In this document: positions 17,242 to 25,422 of the stretch, piece after piece
How positions within the stretch are numbered: the first letter of the stretch is position 1
Layout: the number at the start of each line of letters is the position of its first letter
NCBI GenBank assembly: GCA_048941285.1
Contig: JBHLNS010000032.1
Coordinates: 1-32,606, forward strand
Source of the DNA: Promethearchaeota archaeon
GTDB taxonomy: Archaea; Asgardarchaeota; Lokiarchaeia; Sigyniarchaeales; SOKP01
Reading direction: 5' to 3'
DNA: 32,606 nt
Position numbers and translations under genes: made by a program
The notes under the pieces: generated by a model
Told to the model about the DNA's origin: nothing
Database searches by the model: none
The model's input: only the letters and a program-made list of their open reading frames with translations

Positions 17242-19487
17242 TGACGAAAGTTAATGTTAATGGTAAAGAAGCAGAAGTGGAGATGACTAGTGAAGAATAT
17301 GGGAAAGTTCAAGAATTATTAGAGAGAGAACCGAATATCACTGAATTAGGCATGTTTGATGTTATGTGGAGTGAACATTGCTCATATAAATCTTCTCGCC
17401 CAAAATTACGAATATTTGAAGATGCTGAGAAAAATTTTGATTATGTGTTAGCTGGTCCAGGTCAAGATGCAGGAGTTATTGATATTGGAGATGGTTATGC
17501 GTTAGCATTTCGTATAGAGTCTCATAATCATCCTTCTGCCATTGAACCATATCATGGAGCAGCTACGGGAATTGGAGGTATAATAAGAGACATATTATGT
17601 ATGGGAGTTCGGCCAATCGCTTTGCTAGACCCTTTAAGATTCGGACATTTAAAAGATAATCCTCATTCTCAATGGTTATTCAAATATGTTGTAAAAGGTA
17701 TTGCTGATTATGGTAATTGCACTGGAATTCCCACAATCGGTGGTGAGGTTGAATTTGATGATAGTTTTGAAAGTAATTGTTTAGTTAATGTAGCATGTAT
17801 AGGTTTGGGGACAATAGAAGACTTTAAACATGCTCCTAGTAGAGCATATAACCCTGGAGACTATGTAGTTTTAATGGGAGGTTCTACAGGTAGAGATGGA
17901 ATCCATGGAGTAACGTTTGCATCTCGTACTTTAACAGAGATGTCGGAAGCTGATAGACCAGCAGTTCAAATTGGTGATCCCTTCACTAAAAAGTTGATCA
18001 TTGAAGCTACGTTAGAAGCTGTGAAAACAGGATATGTAAGAGGATTAAAGGATCTTGGGGGAGGAGGATTAACTTGTGCAACAAGTGAATTAACCGGTGA
18101 TGGAAACACTGGAGCAAATGTAGATTTAAGAAAAGTATTCACAAGAGAACCAGGAATGAGTTCTTATGAAATAATGCTTTCAGAATCACAAGAACGGATG
18201 GCTTTCATAGTAAAACCCGAGGGATTAGAGATTGTTCTTGATGTATTTAGAAAATACGAAATGAGTTATGCCGTGATAGGTAGAACAGATGACTCAAAAG
18301 TTCTTAAAGTAGTTGATGGGGATAATATTGTTGTAAATATACCTTCAAAAGCTCTTTCTGAATCACCAATATTCAAACGGCAAGAAAAACGACCATCTTA
18401 TTTAAATGAATTGTTAACCCAAAAAACACCATTGCCAACATTAGGGTTAGATGAAATCATCTATAAATTGATAGCATCTGAAAATATTTGCAGCAAAGAA
18501 TGGGTTTATCGGCAATATGATCATGAAGTTGGTGTCAGATCAGTTGTAAAATGTGGTGAAGGAGATTCAGGTGTTCTAAGAATAATTGGTACAAATAAGT
18601 TCATAGCTTCCAGTGTTGGTGTAAATTCTAAACATTGTTTTTTAGATCCTTATGAGGGTGCTAAAGCAGGATTGGTCGAGGAGTGTTCAAATGTAATAGC
18701 GAATGGTGCAAAACCATTAGCAATGGTAAACTGCTGTAACTTTGGAAATCCAGAAATTCCTGAATCATTTTGGTATTTTTCTAAAGCTGTTGATGGTATG
18801 AATGACTTTTGCAGAAATTTAAGAATCCCAATAGTAGGAGGAAATGTTTCTTTCTATAATGAAGATGAGGTTAAGAAAGTTGCTATTAAAGCAACACCTA
18901 TAATAATGATTGTAGGGCTTATCGAAGGTGAGGAAAATATTGTTACATTACCTTTTAAGAACGCGGGAGATGAAATTTTACTTATTGGAGAGACGAAAGC
19001 TGAATTAGGTGGTTCAGAATATAATTCAGTTATTTATAATCTTGAAGGGGGTACGCCTCCTAAGGTTGATGAATCAAAAGTTAAAGCTAGTTGGGATTTA
19101 CTTTCTGAATTATATAAAAGAAATCTTGTAAAAGCGAATCATGACATTAGTAAGGGGGGAATCATTATTAGTCTCGCTGAGATGTGTTTTAAAAACAAGT
19201 TAGGGGCAGATATTGACTTTTCTAATAGTTATAATAAAGATCTAAGAGATGATGAATTTTTATTTAGCGAATCAGTTGGGAGATTCATTATAGAAAGTGA
19301 TCCAAAAGACTATAATACAATTTTGGAAATTTCAAAACAGTTTAATGTTGTAATTAAAAGAATTGGTATTATAAATTCTAATCCAGAAATTAATATCAAA
19401 GGATTAAAATCAGAGAAATTAAAATTGAATACAGAGAAAATGAAATATTTTTTCGACTCAACTATTCCAAACTTGATGGAAATTTAG
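17241..19487 (+). CDS. purL: Phosphoribosylformylglycinamidine synthase subunit PurL
   Basis: MWSEHCSYKSS, ESHNHPS, GAATGIGGIIRD, TGRDGIHG, SESQERM, QYDHEV, GGNVSFYN and HDISKGG motifs. TAATG overlap with purQ. Confidence 0.98.
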   Translation: MTKVNVNGKEAEVEMTSEEYGKVQELLEREPNITELGMFDVMWSEHCSYKSSRPKLRIFEDAEKNFDYVLAGPGQDAGVIDIGDGYALAFRIESHNHPSAIEPYHGAATGIGGIIRDILCMGVRPIALLDPLRFGHLKDNPHSQWLFKYVVKGIADYGNCTGIPTIGGEVEFDDSFESNCLVNVACIGLGTIEDFKHAPSRAYNPGDYVVLMGGSTGRDGIHGVTFASRTLTEMSEADRPAVQIGDPFTKKLIIEATLEAVKTGYVRGLKDLGGGGLTCATSELTGDGNTGANVDLRKVFTREPGMSSYEIMLSESQERMAFIVKPEGLEIVLDVFRKYEMSYAVIGRTDDSKVLKVVDGDNIVVNIPSKALSESPIFKRQEKRPSYLNELLTQKTPLPTLGLDEIIYKLIASENICSKEWVYRQYDHEVGVRSVVKCGEGDSGVLRIIGTNKFIASSVGVNSKHCFLDPYEGAKAGLVEECSNVIANGAKPLAMVNCCNFGNPEIPESFWYFSKAVDGMNDFCRNLRIPIVGGNVSFYNEDEVKKVAIKATPIIMIVGLIEGEENIVTLPFKNAGDEILLIGETKAELGGSEYNSVIYNLEGGTPPKVDESKVKASWDLLSELYKRNLVKANHDISKGGIIISLAEMCFKNKLGADIDFSNSYNKDLRDDEFLFSESVGRFIIESDPKDYNTILEISKQFNVVIKRIGIINSNPEINIKGLKSEKLKLNTEKMKYFFDSTIPNLMEI

Positions 19488-19674
19488 TAAAATTAAACAG
19501 ATATGTATATCTTTTGATTGAAATTAATAAATGTTTGAGTGGAATTTTCTGTTCGTTTTGATACAACATTTTTAATTTAAAACCATAAATTTGAAATATT
19601 TTAGTAATTTTTTAATAAATGGACTATTAAGTATGGAATAATTTAATATCGAAATTAAGCTTAGGATTAAAATC

Positions 19675-19878
19675 ATGAGTGTTCGATGTCGTGCTTGTAT
19701 AAAATGCAGAACATATGTTGTTATTCATCCAAGTAATCCTATTAACCAAGTGGAAATCAAGACTTTTGAAAAAAATCATTTAGGTCATACCGTAGTGACG
19801 GTAGATATAAATGAGGTAAAAGGTAATTATAGTTCTGTCAAAAATCATGAAAGTCAAGCAACTCAGGAAATAGAATAG
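19675..19878 (+). CDS. Small putative zinc-binding protein
   Basis: 67 aa with CRACIKC and FEKNHLGH; AGGA upstream of the ATG. Confidence 0.7.
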   Translation: MSVRCRACIKCRTYVVIHPSNPINQVEIKTFEKNHLGHTVVTVDINEVKGNYSSVKNHESQATQEIE

Positions 19879-19900
19879 TTTATTGCTTATTCTTAAGTTT

Positions 19901-19913
19901 AAAAAAAAAAAAA
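19901..19913 (-). terminator. Oligo-T terminator for the CBS/RGG operon
   Basis: A13 on the + strand (T13 on the - strand), 12 nt after the stop at 19926. Confidence 0.6.
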
Positions 19914-19925
19914 TTAATTAATTAA

Positions 19926-21428
19926 TTATTGTTCTACCTGCGTTCCGCACCATTTACAGAATTTTTCTGTCCCTGTAAGTTTGCTTCCACATAAAGAACA
20001 TGTTTTTGCTGTAGCGGGAGTAGTTACTGAAGGAACACCTACTTGTCTTCCTTCTATTTTTCCTCCACATTTAGGACAAAATTTTGAATCAGGTTTTATT
20101 GATGCATCACAACGAGGGCATTTCATTTCCATTTCTACAGTTTCAGAAGGTGTTGTTTTATATGGTGATACTTTTTGTTGTTCTGGTGAAGTTGGTGCTT
20201 TAAGTTTTAATTTTTTCTGACCTCTTCTTGCCACAATAGCTGCTATTAATATGATGACAACCACAACAAGTACTATAATTAAAATCCACTGAACATCTAG
20301 CCATCTCTCTTGGTAGGTAACTCCAGTTTCATAAGTTACATCAAAGGTAATAGTAGTTGATTCATCAAGAGAATTCATTGGATCAAAATAGATAAAGAAG
20401 TACCAATTACCAGATGTTGGAACATTAAATGTATCTGTTGAGACCGTTGTAACATCTTCATTTGTTTCATAGGTAGGACTAAAATCTGGTACATTTACAG
20501 CAGTGTAATTTATAGTATAATCAACATCAATTGTAGAAACTCCATCGTTATACCATACAACATAATAATCTTGAGTAGTGGGGGTAATATAGAATCCAGT
20601 AGCTTGATCGGTATTTATTTCACTCACCGGAAATATTGGAGAACCTCCATAGTACCAATTATAGAAATCATATGCATCTGCTATAAAGAAATCGAGGTTT
20701 GCACTTGAATTAAAAGTATATACTATTGAAGAACCAGCTCTTAGAAATAACCACTCAGCCCAATAATCGCTTGAACCCGGGTCAATAGATATTGAATTCA
20801 CAATATCAATATATTCGGTTGTTGTTGGAAGATTTTCAAAAGGTTGATTCCAGATAGCAAATGTAATAGTACTAGGTGTAGATTGAACTGAGAACGTGAT
20901 ATCTTGATTTTGTTCTATGTATTCATATTCATACCAAAATTCATTAAAATATAAAGTCTCCGTAGATCGATAATTAACTGTACCAGTTTGATCCGCGCTA
21001 GTAAATGGAAACCAGAAGGCTACACCTGCAACTGGCAGAATTATCAATGCTAGAATTATGAAAAATGTTATTCCTCCGCCAACATAAACCGGACTATAAT
21101 ACCAAGGTCGGTACCAATGTCCTGCCCACCAAGGCGAATACCACCATCTCCAATACCAGGGTCGATGATACCACCAATATGGTCTATAATACATGCGATG
21201 GGGGCGGTAATATCTATGCGTATAGGGGCCTCTTGGCGATCTTGATACTATTCTATTGGCTCCAGTTCTACCAAAGGGTGTTCCACTTCCACGATATGGA
21301 GCTCTAAATGAACCAGGACCACCTCGAAAACCGCCACCTCTAAATCCACCACCAAAGCCCCCGCCACCAAAACCACCGCCTCGAAAACCACCGCCACCGC
21401 CACCTCTAGATCCGCCACCACGCGGCAT
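19926..21428 (-). CDS. Membrane protein: RGG/Gly-rich and aromatic-repeat N-terminus, 2 TM helices flanking a beta-rich ectodomain, C-terminal double zinc ribbon
   Basis: 5 RGG motifs; repeats YYRP/YHRP/WYSP/WYRP/YYSP; TM1 ITFFIILALIILPVAGVAFWF; acidic Thr/Tyr-rich domain; TM2 WILIIVLVVVVIILIAAIVA followed by RRGQKK; CPRC...CPKC and CSLC...CKWC. GAGGTG ribosome-binding site at 21441-21446. Confidence 0.9.
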   Translation of the reverse strand: MPRGGGSRGGGGGGFRGGGFGGGGFGGGFRGGGFRGGPGSFRAPYRGSGTPFGRTGANRIVSRSPRGPYTHRYYRPHRMYYRPYWWYHRPWYWRWWYSPWWAGHWYRPWYYSPVYVGGGITFFIILALIILPVAGVAFWFPFTSADQTGTVNYRSTETLYFNEFWYEYEYIEQNQDITFSVQSTPSTITFAIWNQPFENLPTTTEYIDIVNSISIDPGSSDYWAEWLFLRAGSSIVYTFNSSANLDFFIADAYDFYNWYYGGSPIFPVSEINTDQATGFYITPTTQDYYVVWYNDGVSTIDVDYTINYTAVNVPDFSPTYETNEDVTTVSTDTFNVPTSGNWYFFIYFDPMNSLDESTTITFDVTYETGVTYQERWLDVQWILIIVLVVVVIILIAAIVARRGQKKLKLKAPTSPEQQKVSPYKTTPSETVEMEMKCPRCDASIKPDSKFCPKCGGKIEGRQVGVPSVTTPATAKTCSLCGSKLTGTEKFCKWCGTQVEQ

Positions 21429-21431
21429 TTT

Positions 21432-22436
21432 CTATGCTGACACCTCACTATTTAAAATACTTGGTTCTTCTACTCCCCGGAAAATATAGTCTCGATTGAT
21501 TGCTAATAGTATTAATATCATCGATATAATAGATAATGTTAATCCTATTGGATCCATAGAAATAATGGGTGTTGGAGTCTCAAGTGCAAATGCTATTCCA
21601 AATAATACCCATTCAAAAGCCATAAAAAAAACAGCTAAACCTGGCACAATAGTTCTTAGAATCCAACTTGTCTGTAAATTTCTTGTATCAGAAAATCCTA
21701 CATATACAATAGAAAACAGAGAAATTATTCCAGATATTAAAAGGAAAATACTAAAAATACCAATCACTAGCCAAATAGGACCATTGTTAACGAATAAATC
21801 AAGAAAAGGTACCATGATCCCTAATCCTCTTGCTTCGAATAATGTAAAGGTTACTTTACCTCCAACTGGACCAAGTCCAAGTAAACTCATTAAATCTAAT
21901 TGATTTCCTGTATAAAAGCCAATTACTCCCGCAAGAGGTAAGATAATACCCAGAGTAAATGCTAAAATTGCGCAAGCACTAGCAAACCAGAATTCTGCAA
22001 TTCTGGTATTTTTTACAGGAATAAGTCCAATTTTATCTACATTTTGATCAGGGATAAAACTCCAACAGTCATGTATAGTACATACTCCAACAAGTTTATC
22101 GTTTTCAACCACAGGTACTATATTCACATTTAAATTACGCATTCTTGTAAATGCCTCAGTTACGGGGGTATCTAAATTCACTGGATTTATTTTATACATC
22201 GTATTTATTACTTTTTCAGTTTTAACATCTTTTCCTTCTGCTACCGTATTTTGTACTATATCAAAATCAGCAATAACACCAATAACTTTTTGGTCAGTGC
22301 CTTCAACTACGACTAAATCTGGAACTCCTAATTCTTTCATCTTTTTGGCTGCATCTTGAACTGTCGCATCTGAACTGATTATTCCATATTCATCATCAAT
22401 GATTAGATCTCTAACAAAATATTCTTTTAAAGCCAT
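21432..22436 (-). CDS. CBS-pair (Bateman) domain fused to a four-helix membrane domain
   Basis: CBS repeats (DATVQDAAKKM...LVVV...IGVIADFDI; DTPVTEAF..M...VPVVENDKLVGVCTIHD), then 4 hydrophobic segments. Only a 3-nt gap to the downstream gene. Confidence 0.88.
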   Translation of the reverse strand: MALKEYFVRDLIIDDEYGIISSDATVQDAAKKMKELGVPDLVVVEGTDQKVIGVIADFDIVQNTVAEGKDVKTEKVINTMYKINPVNLDTPVTEAFTRMRNLNVNIVPVVENDKLVGVCTIHDCWSFIPDQNVDKIGLIPVKNTRIAEFWFASACAILAFTLGIILPLAGVIGFYTGNQLDLMSLLGLGPVGGKVTFTLFEARGLGIMVPFLDLFVNNGPIWLVIGIFSIFLLISGIISLFSIVYVGFSDTRNLQTSWILRTIVPGLAVFFMAFEWVLFGIAFALETPTPIISMDPIGLTLSIISMILILLAINRDYIFRGVEEPSILNSEVSA

Positions 22437-22494
22437 AGATTAAACATCCCATTTATTTTTTGATAAATTTTTATGAAGTATACGCGAAATACAA

Positions 22495-22508
22495 TATATA
22501 AATCTTTC
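22495..22508 (-). promoter_or_regulatory. Putative archaeal promoter (BRE GAAAGA plus TATA TTTATATA) of the CBS/RGG operon
   Basis: The - strand reads CAGAAAGATTTATATA, about 58 nt upstream of ATG 22436. Confidence 0.6.
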
Positions 22509-22692
22509 TGTTAAAAGTAACTACTCAATTAAGAAATAGAAAAATAAAAATCGGACTCTTTATCTTTCTTATAATATAGTTAGAAATTGTATATGTTAGT
22601 TCAACTAATTTTATTTGAACTAAAAGATGATTTAGAGCATTTTTAATTCTTAAATAACTTTATTTCGAGACATTTTGGTGGATTTACCTTAA

Positions 22693-23484
22693 TTAAATTA
22701 ACTCTTTTAATAAGCTGAGGTTATCAATAATAAAATCCGGTTTAACCTTCATTTTCGTAGAATCATAGAATTGTCCTTTTCCAGTTTTAACCAAAATTCC
22801 CTTAATTCCCGCGTTAATAGCTCCTTGAATATCAGACTCAATATCATCACCAATAACTATAACTTCATGAGGTTTAAGGTTTATTTTTTCTAATGCTTGT
22901 AGGAAATATTCTTTTGAAGGTTTTCCAAATATTTTGGGGGTTACATTAGCAGCTTTGGCGATTAAAGATACAAATGAGCCGGTATCTATAACAGGTTCGC
23001 CGTTGTGGTCGAGGTAATATATATTACCTTGAGTCCCAAGAAGTTTCGCTCCTTTTAAGACATATTGAAATGCTAAATTTAAACGATTAACGTCCCAATT
23101 ATCGTGAAAATCGCCTATAATTACAAAATCGGGGATTTCAGATTCTTTTACAGAGGGAAATTCTCGAAATTCTTCAACAACTTCTTTTGTAGTAACAAAA
23201 TAAGATTTTTTATTTGGATATTTTGATAAAAATTCTTTCAAGGCTATAATTGGGGTAAATATTTCATTCTTATTTACGGGAAATCCATATTCTCGTAAGG
23301 TTTTTAGAACTCTGTTTGGTGTTTTACTATCTGTATTTGTAAGAAAGAGAATTTTTAAGCCTGTTTCTCGAAATTTAGTTATGGTTTCAATGGAATTAGG
23401 GATTACATTTCCTTTAAAATAAAGAGTCCCATCAATATCAGTTAAAATCCCTTTTATAAACTTTAATTTTCCTTTTTTCAGCAT
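22693..23484 (-). CDS. HAD-superfamily subfamily IIA hydrolase (HDHD2/LHPP-like)
   Basis: DIDGTLY motif I, LTNT motif II, GKPS motif III, GDDIESDIQGA motif IV, and VKTGK. Confidence 0.92.
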   Translation of the reverse strand: MLKKGKLKFIKGILTDIDGTLYFKGNVIPNSIETITKFRETGLKILFLTNTDSKTPNRVLKTLREYGFPVNKNEIFTPIIALKEFLSKYPNKKSYFVTTKEVVEEFREFPSVKESEIPDFVIIGDFHDNWDVNRLNLAFQYVLKGAKLLGTQGNIYYLDHNGEPVIDTGSFVSLIAKAANVTPKIFGKPSKEYFLQALEKINLKPHEVIVIGDDIESDIQGAINAGIKGILVKTGKGQFYDSTKMKVKPDFIIDNLSLLKELI

Positions 23485-23885
23485 TATTAATATAAAACAT
23501 GATGGTGTTTTAAAGAATTATTAGAATTATTATAAATAACTGCATTTTATTATTTTTGAATTTTTCGCTCTTTTTAGTCTATAGATTTTTTTTTTTCTCT
23601 TTAATTGCTTTTCTAATATATGTTTTTTATGCGTATTTTGGGGAAGTTTAAATTATAAAAATAAAACTTCGTGAAAGCTTCATTTCATGTATTTTCATAT
23701 ATACACTAATATTGCCCTCATATTATCAAGATATTATGGGTAAAAAGCTTCAGTGAGATGAAATAAAATCATTGCATTTTTTTCATTTTGACAATTCTTA
23801 ATATTGCTTACTATCATTGTTTTTTAAGCAAATTTTTTTAAACAATATTAGAATCTACTTCATAATTATTCTACAGAGGCTTGAT

Positions 23886-25136
23886 ATGAATTATAATAAA
23901 AAATTAATATATGGATTCCTTATATCTGTGATTGTAGCCTCTCTGGGGATATTATCTGCCTTTTTTATTATCTCTAATAAATCACCAATAAATAAAGATC
24001 CTTTAGATTCAGAAATTGAAGATCTCATGGAAGACTATGATATCCCCTCATTAACTGCTGGAATTGTTATAAATAACAGTCTTGTTTGGGTTAATGGTTT
24101 TGGTGATCAACCTAATTTAGATACGGTATATATGATTGGTTCAATAACCAAGACATTTACAGCAGCGTCAATTCTTCAACTTAACGAAAGTAATCTGCTA
24201 AATTTAGATGATGATATCAATTATTATCTACCTTTTAGTGTAAGAAATCCTTATTATCCCGATATTAGTATTACTCCAAGAATGCTTTTATCACATACAG
24301 CAGGTTTACAAACAAACCTCTACTGGTCACTAGAATATTATTTTAATAATCAAACAATTGATTGGATAAATCAGAATTTGGGATATGAGATTATCGCATT
24401 CTCAGATCGCCCAACATTAGAGGATTTCCTAAATGGTAGTTTAAATCCTGCAGGTGATTTTTATAATGCTTACAATTGGTACAATAAACCAGGTAGGGAG
24501 TTTCATTATTCTAATGCTGGTTATCAATTATTAAGTTTTTTGATTGAAGTAATTACAAATCAAACTTTAGAGCAATTTATTTATGAAAACATTTTTGTAC
24601 CTTTAAATATGACCAATACAGGATTCTTCTATACCGACTTTATTGATAATCATGCAATCCCTTATGAATGGAAAGATAATTCAAATTTTGAATTTCCTCT
24701 TTATAATATTAATGTATCAGGAGCAGGATCTATAAGAAGTACTATTTTGGATATGGCTAAATATATGATCTGTTTTATGAATTTAGGTTTTTACAATGGA
24801 ATTCAATTAATAAGCCCTGAAAGCGTAGCACTAATGCATAGTAAAGAAATAGAATTTAGTGGAACCTCAGCAGAAGGTTTTGCGTATAGGGGTTATGGAT
24901 TAGGATGGTTTATATATGAATTTGGAGCTAGAGGCCATGGTGGAGCTACCCCCGGTTTTAGTTCTAATATGGTTTTTAGGAAAACAAATGAAGGATCTTA
25001 TGGTTACATTTTAATGTTTAATCGTGGTAGTGCCCTCATTTATGATGAGAAATTAATTACTCAGTTTATCCCTCTTATTAATGTCATACTATTCGACCAA
25101 GCAGAAGATATGTTTCAAAATACTCTAAGCGCTTAG
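23886..25136 (+). CDS. Membrane-anchored serine hydrolase, beta-lactamase class C / PBP-like family
   Basis: SITK (SxxK), LLSHTAGL, YSN, PLNMTNT, YGLGW and GHGG motifs; N-terminal TM anchor. ATG 23886 is preferred to TTG 23817. Confidence 0.92.
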   Translation: MNYNKKLIYGFLISVIVASLGILSAFFIISNKSPINKDPLDSEIEDLMEDYDIPSLTAGIVINNSLVWVNGFGDQPNLDTVYMIGSITKTFTAASILQLNESNLLNLDDDINYYLPFSVRNPYYPDISITPRMLLSHTAGLQTNLYWSLEYYFNNQTIDWINQNLGYEIIAFSDRPTLEDFLNGSLNPAGDFYNAYNWYNKPGREFHYSNAGYQLLSFLIEVITNQTLEQFIYENIFVPLNMTNTGFFYTDFIDNHAIPYEWKDNSNFEFPLYNINVSGAGSIRSTILDMAKYMICFMNLGFYNGIQLISPESVALMHSKEIEFSGTSAEGFAYRGYGLGWFIYEFGARGHGGATPGFSSNMVFRKTNEGSYGYILMFNRGSALIYDEKLITQFIPLINVILFDQAEDMFQNTLSA

Positions 25137-25172
25137 GAAAATTAATATAAAAAAATAAAAATTAATATTTCT

Positions 25173-25403
25173 CTATTTTTTAAATAAATTCCTAATGAAT
25201 TTAGGTAGTATAAATCCAAGGTAAAAGCAAACGCTACTGATGATAACAAATGTTCTGGTTAAAAATATTATTATTTCCGTTAAGTTCTTAGCTCCAAATA
25301 TGTCTATTATTGCTGCAATTATAAACGTTAAAAAAGCAAATATTAATAATTTGCCTTTTAATTTAGTCTCAGAATCGTTTCTGCATAATTTTATGTAATG
25401 TGT
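25173..25403 (-). pseudogene. Start-less C-terminal remnant of a membrane protein
   Basis: Hand translation of a stop-to-stop frame with no ATG: ...CRNDSETKLKGKLLIFAFLTFIIAAIIDIFGAKNLTEIIIFLTRTFVIISSVCFYLGFILPKFIRNLFKK*. Two TM helices and a basic tail. Confidence 0.6.
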
Positions 25404-25422
25404 TTACAGTTTAAAATGATAT

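Noticed and set aside
19929-20120. Eight-Cys C-terminus read as a RING finger
   Set aside because: The spacing is two separate CxxC-x10-CxxC zinc ribbons with no C-x-H, so ubiquitin-ligase activity is not claimed.
21248-21448. Val/Ala/Glu-rich alternative-frame ORF on the - strand
   Set aside because: A frame-shifted reading of the GGN repeats; the main frame has an SD and a coherent domain structure.
21256-21489. Poly-proline ORF on the + strand
   Set aside because: It is the antisense shadow of the Gly codons in the RGG region, with no independent evidence of coding.
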